Virus record (IMG/VR): IMGVR_UViG_3300023278_002686
Span: 32,001-96,000 of that record
Length of the DNA: 64,000 bases
Strand: one strand, 5' to 3'
DNA from: a virus
The notes below the pieces were generated by a model. It saw nothing but the letters and a program-made list of their open reading frames with translations, did not search any database and was not told the origin of the DNA. Numbering within the stretch: position 1 is the stretch's first letter; each line of letters begins with the position of its first letter. The position numbers and the translations under genes were made by a program. Shown one piece after another: positions 9,600 to 19,679 of the stretch.

Positions 9600-10522
9600 T
9601 AGTTACAGGAGATACTCAATATAGAGAAGGATCTCCTTTTTATGAGTCTAAGGAACTTTTTAATCAATGGTTTATTGATCAAGAGTTTAATAATGAAGAT
9701 AATTATTTAGTTCATCTAGGAGATGTAGTAGATAAATCTATGCATACTGGCTTAATAAATAGACAAATAGTAGAATTTTTTAGTAAATTAAAATTTAAGA
9801 AAATTTATATTATTACTGGGAATCATGAAGTATCAAGAACCGATGGAAATATGCTAGAGGTATTAAAAACGATTCCTTCTATTTGCTTAATAGAACACAT
9901 GGAAGAAATAGAAATTAATGGATTTAATTGTTTATGTCTTCCTCATTTTTATAGAAAAAATAAAAAAGATAAAACAATGACTGAATTATATAGATCATTA
10001 GATTCTAAAATTGAATATGACTTCATATTTGGTCACTTCTCTGATGAAACTCAGACAATGTTTGGGCGTTATATTGATATATCACACCTTAAGGGAAAAA
10101 AGCTCTTAGGACACATCCACATACCTACAGAACGATATGTAGGAAGTCCTGTAATAAATAGATATGATGAGAAAGGAAAAGAAAATAGACTCTTTATAAT
10201 AGATCAAAATAAGGATTTAGAAAGTTTAGAAATTCCTAGATTTATGGAATATAAAACTATTTCTTATGGAGAACCTATTAAGGATGAACTTTATTATGTG
10301 ATGTATGATGTGATTAAAGCTCCTTCTAAAGAGATGGTTTACGAAAATAAATTATATAAAGATAAATTTATTCGAAAAATACATTTAGAAAAATCAGAGG
10401 AAGATATTTCTAATGACTATAATACTAATATTACTGATAAATCTAATAAAGATTATTTTGAAGAATTTTGTAGTCAAAATAAAATTAATAAATTAGTAAA
10501 AGAAAAAATTATATTTGTATAA
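9587..10522 (+). CDS. SbcD/Mre11-like (T4 gp47-like) nuclease
   Basis: Metallophosphoesterase motifs GDTQ, LGDVVD, GNHE, GHF, LGHIH, YVGSP. Confidence 0.85.
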   Translation: MSKIIVTGDTQYREGSPFYESKELFNQWFIDQEFNNEDNYLVHLGDVVDKSMHTGLINRQIVEFFSKLKFKKIYIITGNHEVSRTDGNMLEVLKTIPSICLIEHMEEIEINGFNCLCLPHFYRKNKKDKTMTELYRSLDSKIEYDFIFGHFSDETQTMFGRYIDISHLKGKKLLGHIHIPTERYVGSPVINRYDEKGKENRLFIIDQNKDLESLEIPRFMEYKTISYGEPIKDELYYVMYDVIKAPSKEMVYENKLYKDKFIRKIHLEKSEEDISNDYNTNITDKSNKDYFEEFCSQNKINKLVKEKIIFV

Positions 10523-10532
10523 GGAGTAGATA

Positions 10533-10772
10533 ATGCCTACATATGATTATATTTGTGAATGTGGAAATAAAGCTTCAAAATTATTTTCTATGAAAGAATA
10601 TAAACAAAAAATTAAATGTAAGAGTTGTAGTAAAATGATGAAATTAAATGTTAGAGAAAATGTAAAATCTCAAAATACTATTATACCTGAGCATATGAGT
10701 GCTGCTGGGTCTGCTGGAGATAATCAAATAAAATATGACAAATCTCCAAGTAAGAAAAAACATTATTGGTAA
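10533..10772 (+). CDS. FmdB-family zinc-ribbon protein
   Basis: MPTYDYICECG ... CKSC. Confidence 0.8.
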   Translation: MPTYDYICECGNKASKLFSMKEYKQKIKCKSCSKMMKLNVRENVKSQNTIIPEHMSAAGSAGDNQIKYDKSPSKKKHYW

Positions 10773-10782
10773 GGAGATCTTG

Positions 10783-11028
10783 ATGAATATAGAAGATAAA
10801 GTCTTAAATAGATTAAATGAACATTTTGTAGATAATGAAATTTATTTTAATTATCATGGAAATACAATAACAGTAGAAATAGATGGAGAAGAAACTACTA
10901 TTATATGTGATAAATTATCTGAGGACTTATTTACTGATCTTATTAAAGATCAATTAGAAGATGCTTTATATAATGAGTTCAATAGCTTAATTCAAAAGGA
11001 ATTAAATAATAAACATGAAAAAAGTTAA
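10783..11028 (+). CDS. hypothetical protein
   Basis: AAGGAG RBS before ATG 10783. Confidence 0.55.
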   Translation: MNIEDKVLNRLNEHFVDNEIYFNYHGNTITVEIDGEETTIICDKLSEDLFTDLIKDQLEDALYNEFNSLIQKELNNKHEKS

Positions 11029-11446
11029 ATATTTTTTTAAAAAAATTAAATGGTTTTTTCAAAGATTATTTAGAGGATATTCTGATTGTGATATTTGGGG
11101 ATTAGATTATCATCTATCTCATCTAATTATTAAGAGATTAAAAGCTTTTAGAGATTTAGATAAACAAGGTCTTTCTGTACAATTTATGGACGAGTTTAAT
11201 TTACGTAATGGTGTTGAAGGTGAAGTTGAAAGAGGTCTTGAAATTTTAAATGGTTTTATTAATGATATGATTTGGAGTTTTCAATATTGTTTGAACGATT
11301 ACAAGGAAGAAGAAACTACCTACCGTATTAATCTTTTCTCTAAAGATGATAATACTTGGAAACTAAAGGAATTCGATGATAACTATACTAAATATCTATA
11401 TGGAATGGAATTATTTACTAAATATTTTCATTGTTTGTGGGATTAA
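11015..11446 (+). CDS. conserved phage hypothetical protein
   Basis: FQRLFRGYSDCDIWGLD ... GMELFTKYFHCLWD, a pattern common in large phages. Confidence 0.65.
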   Translation: MKKVKYFFKKIKWFFQRLFRGYSDCDIWGLDYHLSHLIIKRLKAFRDLDKQGLSVQFMDEFNLRNGVEGEVERGLEILNGFINDMIWSFQYCLNDYKEEETTYRINLFSKDDNTWKLKEFDDNYTKYLYGMELFTKYFHCLWD

Positions 11447-11461
11447 TGACAGAGATAGAAA

Positions 11462-11839
11462 ATGAAAAATAACTATATACAATTGTTACATGTAAAAACC
11501 TCAATGGAACAAGCTTATGAATCTTTTTTTTATAGACATGGTAAAGAGATATTAGTTTCTTTAAAAGAAATTTATCCACAATTATATATTATTTATGATG
11601 TTAATAATTTTCTACGTGGGTATTTTAATATTTATATTAATGGTAAGTATAAATTAGAAATTCTTGGTAAACCAAAATTTGGTACTTTATATTCTTCTTA
11701 CGAGCTGTTTAATAGATTCCATATTCATGATCATCAAGATACTACAACATTATTACATATTATAAAATTTAGAATTGATACAATATATTTGAAAAAAGAT
11801 CTTGATTTTGAAATAGTAGATATAATAATAAAGGATTAA
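11462..11839 (+). CDS. hypothetical protein
   Basis: 125 aa ORF in operon. Confidence 0.55.
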   Translation: MKNNYIQLLHVKTSMEQAYESFFYRHGKEILVSLKEIYPQLYIIYDVNNFLRGYFNIYINGKYKLEILGKPKFGTLYSSYELFNRFHIHDHQDTTTLLHIIKFRIDTIYLKKDLDFEIVDIIIKD

Positions 11840-11852
11840 AGGAGATTAATTA

Positions 11853-12254
11853 ATGAGAATTAATATGAATTTTACAAAACTAAGTAATAAGTTGGTAGTA
11901 CCTCCTTATACTCATCCAAGAAGACCTGGAATAATATTTTCAAACGAAGAAAAGATATTTATTCCAGCCGGTCAAGTTAAATATATATATACTGGATATA
12001 TGTGGGAACCTGATTTAACTGAGGAACTTTTAGAAGAAATAAAAGATTCTTTTAGAATTGCTTTACGATTTGAATCTTTATATAAGAATGACAAATTTAT
12101 TGTAGTTCCATTCACCACAATTAATTTTACAGAACAAATAATTATACCTGTGTTAAATCCAGGAAGACATGGAGCTATTGTAATTGAACAAAATGATCCA
12201 ATTGCTATTGGTATTATAGATTATTTACCTCTTATAGATATAACGGTAGAATAA
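11853..12254 (+). CDS. degenerate dUTPase-fold protein
   Basis: IFIPAGQVKYIYTG and EQIIIPVLN...IEQNDPIA resemble trimeric dUTPase strands; catalytic motifs absent. Confidence 0.5.
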   Translation: MRINMNFTKLSNKLVVPPYTHPRRPGIIFSNEEKIFIPAGQVKYIYTGYMWEPDLTEELLEEIKDSFRIALRFESLYKNDKFIVVPFTTINFTEQIIIPVLNPGRHGAIVIEQNDPIAIGIIDYLPLIDITVE

Positions 12255-12964
12255 TGATTTATATAACAGGTGATACTCATGGAAGTCATGATATAGAAAA
12301 ACTTAATTTAATTGATAATGAAGTTACTAAAGAAGATTATCTTATAATTTGTGGAGATTTTGGTTTAATATGGGATCAAAATGAAAGTGGACTTGAAGAA
12401 CAATATTGGTTAGACTGGTTATCTAAAAAACCGTATACTACTTTATTTGTAGATGGTAATCATGAGAATTTCGATAGACTTTTAAATTATCCTATAGCTC
12501 AAATGTATGGAAATGAAGTAGGAGTAATCACTGATAAGATTTTTCATCTTAAAAGAGGTAGAGTCTATACAATAGATAATAAAAAATTCTTTGCTTTCGG
12601 TGGAGGATATTCTATAGATATAGCTCGGCGTACTGAGTTTACGTCTTGGTGGAAAGAGGAAATGCCATCTAAAAAAGAGTATGACTTAGGTTTATTAGAA
12701 TTAGAAGAGCATAATTGGGAAGTAGATTATATTATTACTCATTCATGTTCTAATGTTATGTTTGATAAGATATCAGATAGATATCATGACATGTTTTATA
12801 AAGCTGTTATTCAAGAAAAACCATTAAGAGATTATTTTGATATAATAGAACAAAAAGTAAAATTTAAAAAATGGTATTTTGGACATTTTCATATAGATGA
12901 ACATACAAATTCTACTTGGAAAAAGCATACTCCTCTATATTATAATATAAATCCAATTAAGTAA
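12254..12964 (+). CDS. calcineurin-like metallophosphoesterase
   Basis: TGDTHG, CGDFG, DGNHENF, ITHS, WYFGHFH. Confidence 0.88.
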   Translation: MIYITGDTHGSHDIEKLNLIDNEVTKEDYLIICGDFGLIWDQNESGLEEQYWLDWLSKKPYTTLFVDGNHENFDRLLNYPIAQMYGNEVGVITDKIFHLKRGRVYTIDNKKFFAFGGGYSIDIARRTEFTSWWKEEMPSKKEYDLGLLELEEHNWEVDYIITHSCSNVMFDKISDRYHDMFYKAVIQEKPLRDYFDIIEQKVKFKKWYFGHFHIDEHTNSTWKKHTPLYYNINPIK

Positions 12965-13025
12965 AAGAAAAACATCCTTACTATATAAATAGCTATACTA
13001 ATTAAACTTATATAAAGGATGTTTT

Positions 13026-13796
13026 ATGATTCAAATACTATCAACGATATTATCAATTGGAAAAGATTGGGGTCCTTGGGGAATTATATTTGGTTTTATT
13101 GTGACATATATAACTCATAGAATATCAGATAAAAAACAATCTAAAAAAAATGAAGAATTAAGACAGGTAGAGAAAGAAAATAATAGAAAATACATAGAAA
13201 ATATGTTAGATCTAATTAAAATGATTATAAGAGATACTTTTAAATTAGGTCAAAAGATGAAAAGTATAGAAGATAAAGTGCTTGTTAACCAAAGAAAAGA
13301 ATTAGATGAATGTGGAGATGATATTCAACATAAATTTCTTTCTCGATATGAAAAAGAAATATTACCTAGTTTAGATTTAACTAACGACCAAAAAGATGAT
13401 TTTGTTCGAATTTATAGAATGATTGTATTTCTTGGAGTATCTAAAGGTAAAAAAGAAATGTATGAATTTATTGATAGTACTCTTTCTGATTATTCTTCAG
13501 CTGAATATGAATTACAGAAACAAGATAAATTACAAAAAATATTAGATTTAGTTGAAGAAGTTGAACGAGAAAATTATCCTTCTTTCTTTCCTAGATCTGA
13601 TGTCAATAATGATCATTTATTATTTATAGAAAGAAATAAGACTTATTTAAAAGATCGGATAGATAAGAGTTTTGATACTCTTAAAATTTTTTCAGATAAA
13701 TCTAAAAAAGAAGCTAATGAATTATTAGAAGAGTTAGATAAATTTGAAGAAAAAGCTAAACAAATATTTTTAAGAACTAATATTGACAATTCTTAA
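13026..13796 (+). CDS. N-terminally membrane-anchored late protein (possible holin-like)
   Basis: One TM segment (WGIIFGFIVTYI) then helical soluble domain; ACTATA-N5-A motif at 12980. Confidence 0.5.
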   Translation: MIQILSTILSIGKDWGPWGIIFGFIVTYITHRISDKKQSKKNEELRQVEKENNRKYIENMLDLIKMIIRDTFKLGQKMKSIEDKVLVNQRKELDECGDDIQHKFLSRYEKEILPSLDLTNDQKDDFVRIYRMIVFLGVSKGKKEMYEFIDSTLSDYSSAEYELQKQDKLQKILDLVEEVERENYPSFFPRSDVNNDHLLFIERNKTYLKDRIDKSFDTLKIFSDKSKKEANELLEELDKFEEKAKQIFLRTNIDNS

Positions 13797-13811
13797 TTTA
13801 ACATATATTAT
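13783..13811 (+). promoter_or_regulatory. sigma70-like promoter
   Basis: TTGACA-N17-TATTAT upstream of thyX. Confidence 0.7.
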
Positions 13812-13894
13812 ATAAATATGAATATGAGTATACTAGTATTAATAATAATATTTTTAATTATTATAATTTTGCATGATTGGAGAACTCCTAAATC

Positions 13895-14518
13895 ATGAAA
13901 TTAATTAAACCATCATATGAAATTTTAGATCATATTAATAGATTTCAAGTTCTTAGTAAATTAGAATTAGCTGGTAGAACGTGCTATAAATCTGAATCGA
14001 AAATTACTGAAGAATCTGCTTCTAAATTTGTAGAAATGATTTGTAAAAGAAATCATGAAAGTGTTTTAGAACATTTTTCTTTTTCTGTTAGATTTATCTG
14101 TGATAGAGGAGTATCTCATGAATTAGTTAGGCATAGATTAGCAAGTTATTCACAGGAATCGACTAGGTATTGTAATTACTCTAAAGATAAATTTGGAAAT
14201 GAATTAACATTTATTAGACCTTTATGGTTTCCTTATGATGAAGATAGTTCTAATGAAGCTATAGAGATTTGGAAAGTTTCTTTAATAACATCTGAGAATG
14301 CTTACTTTAATCTATTAAAAGAAGGATGGACACCTCAACAAGCTAGATCAGTTCTTCCAAATTCCCTTAAAACAGAAATAATTACTACTGCTAATTTGAG
14401 AGAATGGAAGCATATTCTTGAATTAAGAACCTCAACAGCAGCTCACCCTCAAATAAGGCAAATTATGATACCATTACAGAATGAATTACGTAGTATAATA
14501 CCAGAAATTTTTAAATAA
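13895..14518 (+). CDS. thyX: flavin-dependent thymidylate synthase
   Basis: HESVLEH, ThyX motif RHRLASYSQESTRY, ARSVLP, NLREW..LR, AHPQIR. Confidence 0.95.
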   Translation: MKLIKPSYEILDHINRFQVLSKLELAGRTCYKSESKITEESASKFVEMICKRNHESVLEHFSFSVRFICDRGVSHELVRHRLASYSQESTRYCNYSKDKFGNELTFIRPLWFPYDEDSSNEAIEIWKVSLITSENAYFNLLKEGWTPQQARSVLPNSLKTEIITTANLREWKHILELRTSTAAHPQIRQIMIPLQNELRSIIPEIFK

Positions 14519-14546
14519 TATATAAATTTTAAAAAAGGATTTTAAT

Positions 14547-15638
14547 ATGAAAATAAGTGTAACTACAGGAATACTATCTATGATAGTATTAATTCTTTCT
14601 TTAATTCTTTCTTTTTATCTATTAGACTATAACCGCGTATTAAATCATCAAATTACTAATTTAGAAAAAAAAGTAAATAAATTAGAAATAGATTCAAAAG
14701 AATTACAAAAGGATACATCTGATTTTCTGTTTATGGGAAATACTATGATGGATGGGATCGTATCTACTTTAAATGGATTAGAAAAATCTAATAAAAGAAT
14801 AGATTATGAAGTTGATTTAAACACATTTAAAGATTATAATAAATTTTTAAATATTAAAGTTAAGGATCGTAAAGTTTTACCTAATCCATATGATAAAAGA
14901 ATATCTACAAGAATATATGAAGAAATTCCTTTATCATATCCTATACAAAATGGTGAAGGTCATATTACATGTTTTTTTGGATCTGGAAGAGATCCTTTTA
15001 CAGGTAAAAAAAGATTTCACGCAGGTTTAGATATATCTAATTCTGGAAAGATAGGTGCAAAAATAGTAGCAACTGCAAAAGGTAAAGTATTACATGTTGG
15101 TTATGATAAAAAAGGATATGGCAGATATATTATACTGATACATCAATATGGATTTCTTACTATTTATGCTCACTTAAATGATACGTTAGTTAAACGAGGT
15201 CAATATGTGGACTGTGGACAATCGATAGGTATCTTAGGAGGAACCGGTAAATCAACAGGTCCCCATCTACACTATGAGATAAGATGTAATCTTACTCCCG
15301 TAGATCCTTTACAATTTATGGCTATTAAAAATATTAATGGTGCTATTAAATATCTTAGATATAAGAAGTTAGACTCTAGTAAAATAATTTATAATCAAAA
15401 AGAAATAAAAAGTATCCTACTTGACTTGAAATTTAGATTTAATAAAATAGATAAATTTAAAAAGAATTCTTATTATAAAAAATATGTTCCAATTTTTCCT
15501 AATTTTGAAGAAAAGTTTATACTTCCTTCTGAAGATATTCCAGATATATCTATTCCAGAAGAGGGTCATAAAACTTTATGGAATTTTCTTTTATTGATAT
15601 TAGGATTAGTTATTTTCGTAGGAATTTGTTTAGTATGA
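14547..15638 (+). CDS. M23 family peptidoglycan endopeptidase, membrane anchored
   Basis: HAGLD, YAHL, STGPHLHYE; hydrophobic N- and C-terminal segments. Confidence 0.9.
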   Translation: MKISVTTGILSMIVLILSLILSFYLLDYNRVLNHQITNLEKKVNKLEIDSKELQKDTSDFLFMGNTMMDGIVSTLNGLEKSNKRIDYEVDLNTFKDYNKFLNIKVKDRKVLPNPYDKRISTRIYEEIPLSYPIQNGEGHITCFFGSGRDPFTGKKRFHAGLDISNSGKIGAKIVATAKGKVLHVGYDKKGYGRYIILIHQYGFLTIYAHLNDTLVKRGQYVDCGQSIGILGGTGKSTGPHLHYEIRCNLTPVDPLQFMAIKNINGAIKYLRYKKLDSSKIIYNQKEIKSILLDLKFRFNKIDKFKKNSYYKKYVPIFPNFEEKFILPSEDIPDISIPEEGHKTLWNFLLLILGLVIFVGICLV

Positions 15639-15865
15639 ATTATAATATAAATCAGGTTAGAAATAGAGAACTAAATATATCCGCACTAGAAGATTATATT
15701 GAAGAATTACATGAAGAACAATATAAAACAAATCAAATGTTAATAGTTTATAAAAAGTTTGTAAAAAATATTCGAGATAATTACGATTGCGATAGAGATG
15801 CTCATAAGTATAATACTCCTTGTAGATGCTGTGAAGCTGACAAAATATTACAAGGCATATTATGA
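15635..15865 (+). CDS. hypothetical Cys/His protein
   Basis: ATGA overlap with M23 stop; C..DAH....CRCC. Confidence 0.55.
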   Translation: MNYNINQVRNRELNISALEDYIEELHEEQYKTNQMLIVYKKFVKNIRDNYDCDRDAHKYNTPCRCCEADKILQGIL

Positions 15866-16095
15866 ACATACACAATAAACCTAAAAATAAAGAAGAAAGA
15901 GATATAATAAGAGCAAAAGCTCTTGATTCTTGTATGGAATTAACTAAAATAAAAATAAAGGTTACTTGTTCTTGTTGTAATAAGAAATTTGAATTAGATT
16001 TAATGTTTAGATGTTATTATTGTGGACTTATGTTTTGTAATGATTGTGCTGAAATACATTTTGGAAAAAGAGAAAGTTTTGTTGATATATCTTAA
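15862..16095 (+). CDS. zinc-finger protein
   Basis: CSCC, CYYC, CNDC..H. Confidence 0.65.
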   Translation: MNIHNKPKNKEERDIIRAKALDSCMELTKIKIKVTCSCCNKKFELDLMFRCYYCGLMFCNDCAEIHFGKRESFVDIS

Positions 16096-16251
16096 AAAAT
16101 GTATATTATAATAATAAGGAGTATAAAATGCTAACTAATGAGGATAAGAATTTAAATATAGATAAAAGACATAATATATTAGTTATTCCTTTTTATGAAA
16201 GAGAAGAAAACAATTTTAACGATTGGCCCGAACGAAATTATGGGGAGGTAG

Positions 16252-16431
16252 ATGGTAAAAAGATACGGACTATATCTTATTAGGTGGCAATGTTCCACTC
16301 CAATATTAGCAATTTGTGTAAATTCATTTGCAAAATTTGGAGTAATGTGGTCTACCATATTTGCAAATTTGATAGGAGGTCTATTATTTTTTTGGATAGA
16401 CTTTTTAATATTTAAAAGGAGGAGTACATGA
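16252..16431 (+). CDS. small two-TM membrane protein (not in ORF track)
   Basis: GGAGGT RBS; YLIRWQCSTPILA...ANLIGGLLFFWID; stop overlaps next ATG. Confidence 0.65.
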   Translation: MVKRYGLYLIRWQCSTPILAICVNSFAKFGVMWSTIFANLIGGLLFFWIDFLIFKRRST

Positions 16432-16754
16432 ATAAAAAATATTATTTATATGACTTTCAAATTCAAAAATCTTTTCTTACAGAAAGAAAAGTAGAAAATG
16501 TTGATGGTGTTTATACTTTTACATCTGAAGATTACATGGTAGTTGGAATTCCCTTACAGAATGGGGAAGTTAAAAGAGAAATGATTTCAATGAAGAAATT
16601 AGGACATGCTGAATTTAATATTCCTGAGAAATACTTACTTAGTGAAGTAATTAACACTGAAGATTCTTTTCTTGTGAAAGAATATCTTGCGAAGAAGTCA
16701 GGAATTGTTATCGCTCCAGCAGGTGCTGTAAAAAAATTAAAATTGGCTGAGTAA
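16428..16754 (+). CDS. hypothetical protein
   Basis: AGGAGG RBS; C-terminal SGIVIA tail typical of phage Sm-like proteins. Confidence 0.6.
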   Translation: MNKKYYLYDFQIQKSFLTERKVENVDGVYTFTSEDYMVVGIPLQNGEVKREMISMKKLGHAEFNIPEKYLLSEVINTEDSFLVKEYLAKKSGIVIAPAGAVKKLKLAE

Positions 16755-17000
16755 ATGAAAAAATGTTGTGATTTATATTATCAAAAATATATTAACTCAA
16801 CAGGTGAATTAATTTTACAGAGTTACTTAGAAGTAGTAACTCTGTACCTTCATCATTGTATTCAAGTTTTAAATAAAAATAAAGAAATTCCTAAATCTCT
16901 TGAAGAATATCATCAAGTTTTTGATAATTTATTTGATCAAAATAAATTATGTAAATGTTCATGTCATATTATAGGAAAGGAAGTGAATCATGAAAATTAA
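16755..17000 (+). CDS. hypothetical protein
   Basis: Abuts upstream stop; CC ... CKCSCH. Confidence 0.55.
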   Translation: MKKCCDLYYQKYINSTGELILQSYLEVVTLYLHHCIQVLNKNKEIPKSLEEYHQVFDNLFDQNKLCKCSCHIIGKEVNHEN

Positions 17001-17310
17001 AGGCTATGAATTTATTGAAAGTTATATAAATAGAGTTGGAATACAAACTTTAATAGCTAGTGGAAATTGTTTTAGTGCTTTAAATAATAAAGATCATTTT
17101 GCTATTGTGAATATGTCTATAGAAAATTTAGAATATTTATTAGAACAAAAAATAGTAGAATTTCCTATAAGAGTATTAGTAGTCAAAGATACAAAAGATG
17201 CTTTTATTGTAGATGAGAGAATTCCAGAAGATTTTTATAGGGAGGATTATTGTTCTAGTTGTCCTTCCAAAAATTATAATAATATCTTTGACAAAAAAGA
17301 TTTTATTTAA
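16990..17310 (+). CDS. hypothetical protein
   Basis: 106 aa ORF in operon. Confidence 0.55.
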   Translation: MKIKGYEFIESYINRVGIQTLIASGNCFSALNNKDHFAIVNMSIENLEYLLEQKIVEFPIRVLVVKDTKDAFIVDERIPEDFYREDYCSSCPSKNYNNIFDKKDFI

Positions 17311-17316
17311 TATATT
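17288..17316 (+). promoter_or_regulatory. sigma70-like promoter of vWA/PurA-like operon
   Basis: TTGACA-N17-TATATT. Confidence 0.7.
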
Positions 17317-17344
17317 ACTAATAAACAGATATAAGGAGGAAAAT

Positions 17345-17698
17345 ATGTCTGATGAAACTAAAGAAAAAATAGTTCAAGAAGGTGCTTTTATTAGTTCTTT
17401 AAAAAGAAATAATAAGCAAATTAGAGAAGATCGAGCTACTGCTATAGCAGAAGATACTGAAGTTGTATATAGAAGAAAAAAAGAAGATCTTGAAATGAGT
17501 ATTAAACGAATGAAGAGAGATCAAGAAAATATGCTTGATTTATCTCCTACTAATGCTCTAAATCTTACAATTGCGAGCGATTTTGATGCAATTGATTATG
17601 TAGCTAAAGAAATTGAATTAGGACTTAAGATTCGAAATGCAGAAATTACATTAGAAATTGTTAAAACTCGACTTGAGTATTTATTTGGGGGTAATTAA
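17345..17698 (+). CDS. helical protein associated with vWA/PurA-like module
   Basis: AAGGAGG RBS before ATG 17345 (track start 17213 is too early); coiled-coil character. Confidence 0.7.
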   Translation: MSDETKEKIVQEGAFISSLKRNNKQIREDRATAIAEDTEVVYRRKKEDLEMSIKRMKRDQENMLDLSPTNALNLTIASDFDAIDYVAKEIELGLKIRNAEITLEIVKTRLEYLFGGN

Positions 17699-18564
17699 TG
17701 GGTGGTGGAACATATTCAATTAGTAATAGTACTTCACGTAGGGATACGTTGGATTATGCTCATAAATCAATAGATCAGATTTTTACAAGTAAATCTATTG
17801 AAAAAACAATGGACCCTATAAATTTCGATATAAGAGAAGCTAGAGATAGTGAAGAACATCCTGAATCTATTGCAGTAATTATTAATTTAGATGTAACTGG
17901 GTCAATGGGAGCAATACCACATTATTTAATTCGAAATGGACTTCCAAATCTTATGGGAAAAGTTCAACAATTAGGAATTAAAGATCCTCAAATTCTTATG
18001 ACTGCTATTGGAGATCACGAATGTGATAGATCTCCTTTACAAATAGGACAATTCGAATCTAGTGACGAACTTATAGATAAGTGGTTAACTTCTATTTATG
18101 TAGAAGGAGGTGGTGGTGGAAATAATGGAGAAAGTTATCTTTTAGCATGGTATCTTGCTACATTTAAGACCTCTATCGATTGTTGGGAAAAGAGAAAACA
18201 AAAAGGATTTCTTTTTACAATAGGTGATGAACCTACTCTTAGGAATATTCCTGGATTAGTATTAAACGATCTATGTGGAAATGGACAACATAAAGATTAT
18301 TCTGCTACAGAGCTTTTAAGTTTGGCAAAAGAAAAATATCATGTTTTTCATTTACATCTTAAGGAAGGGTTTAATGGTATGGATCCTAATGTTATGGGAG
18401 ATTGGAAACAATTGCTTGGAGAAAATCTTATTATTATAGATAATAAAGAAGATATCTCAAAAGTAATTCCAGAAATTATTGCTAAACATTATAAGAGTAA
18501 TGTATTAGAAGAAGTAGTTTCTGTTTCAGAAAATGAAGAAGAAAAAGAGGAAATTATATTATGA
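17698..18564 (+). CDS. von Willebrand factor A domain protein
   Basis: MIDAS-like LDVTGSMG, IGD, EGGGGNNGESY, FTIGDE. Confidence 0.85.
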   Translation: MGGGTYSISNSTSRRDTLDYAHKSIDQIFTSKSIEKTMDPINFDIREARDSEEHPESIAVIINLDVTGSMGAIPHYLIRNGLPNLMGKVQQLGIKDPQILMTAIGDHECDRSPLQIGQFESSDELIDKWLTSIYVEGGGGGNNGESYLLAWYLATFKTSIDCWEKRKQKGFLFTIGDEPTLRNIPGLVLNDLCGNGQHKDYSATELLSLAKEKYHVFHLHLKEGFNGMDPNVMGDWKQLLGENLIIIDNKEDISKVIPEIIAKHYKSNVLEEVVSVSENEEEKEEIIL

Positions 18565-19679
18565 GTAATGTAGCCGTTATTGGATTAGGTTTTGGTGATG
18601 AGGGTAAAGGATTAGTAACTGATTATCTATGTTCTAAATTATCTAATCCTTTAGTGGTTAGATTTTCTGGTGGACACCAGGCTGCTCATAATGTAGTATT
18701 TAAAGATACACAACATATATTTTCTAATTTTGGATCAGGTACATTAAGATGGATTCCTACTTACTGGAGTCCTCAATGTACTATTGATCCTATTGGAATT
18801 TTAAATGAATTAAAAATTTTAAAAGATAAAAATATAAATCCAAAACTTTTTATAGATGCTGAATGCCCAGTTACCACACCGTATGATAAGTGTGCTAATC
18901 AAATACAATTTACTAAGAATAATCATGGATCAGTAGGGGTTGGATTTGGAACTACTATTCAAAGAGAAAAAGATTTTTATTCTTTAAAATTTATAGATTT
19001 ATTTTATCCTCAAGTTTTTAAAGAAAAATTAAAAATGATTATTAATTATTATGATTTTTCAACACCTCAAGACGAAATAGATATTATTACCAGAGAATTT
19101 AAAATGGTTTGTAAGGAATTAATTAGAACTAAAGGAATTGAAATGGTTCCTTATAGATCTTCAATGAATTTTGATAATTATATATATGAAGGATCTCAAG
19201 GATTAATGTTAGATCCTAAAATTGGATTTTTTCCACATGTTACTCGATCAAATATAATGATAAATACTTTAAAGAATAATGATTATATTCGTCAATATTA
19301 TATGGTAACTAGAGCATATTGTACTCGACATGGAAATGGACCATTTCCTAATGAAGGAAAAAGTGATCATATAAAAGATAATCCAGATGAAACAAATGTA
19401 TATAATGAATATCAAGGTAATTTTAAAAAAATTATTTTAGATGTTTCTTTATTAGAATATGCTATAAGAAGAACTTCTTTAAAAAGATATAATTCAAAAA
19501 ATACATTAGTAATTACATGTATGGATCATTTAAGTGAGTACTTATTTTTATATTCAGGACAAGTTTGTAAAGCAGATAGTAAAGAAGATATGGCTATTAA
19601 GATAGCATCTTTATTAAATATAGATCATGTTTTAATAAGCACAGGTTGTACAGCTGACGATATAAAGGAAATAAACTAA
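18561..19679 (+). CDS. divergent adenylosuccinate synthetase-like (PurA-fold) enzyme
   Basis: GLGFGDEGKG, RFSGGHQAAH, EGSQGLMLD, PHVTRS, TRHGNGPFP; lacks the TTGRxR aspartate loop. Confidence 0.8.
   Translation: MSNVAVIGLGFGDEGKGLVTDYLCSKLSNPLVVRFSGGHQAAHNVVFKDTQHIFSNFGSGTLRWIPTYWSPQCTIDPIGILNELKILKDKNINPKLFIDAECPVTTPYDKCANQIQFTKNNHGSVGVGFGTTIQREKDFYSLKFIDLFYPQVFKEKLKMIINYYDFSTPQDEIDIITREFKMVCKELIRTKGIEMVPYRSSMNFDNYIYEGSQGLMLDPKIGFFPHVTRSNIMINTLKNNDYIRQYYMVTRAYCTRHGNGPFPNEGKSDHIKDNPDETNVYNEYQGNFKKIILDVSLLEYAIRRTSLKRYNSKNTLVITCMDHLSEYLFLYSGQVCKADSKEDMAIKIASLLNIDHVLISTGCTADDIKEIN

Noticed and set aside
18561-19679. PurZ / 2-aminoadenine (Z-base) DNA pathway
   Set aside because: The P-loop is GDEGKG with the PurA-type Asp, not the Ser of PurZ; no DatZ/MazZ neighbours recognised
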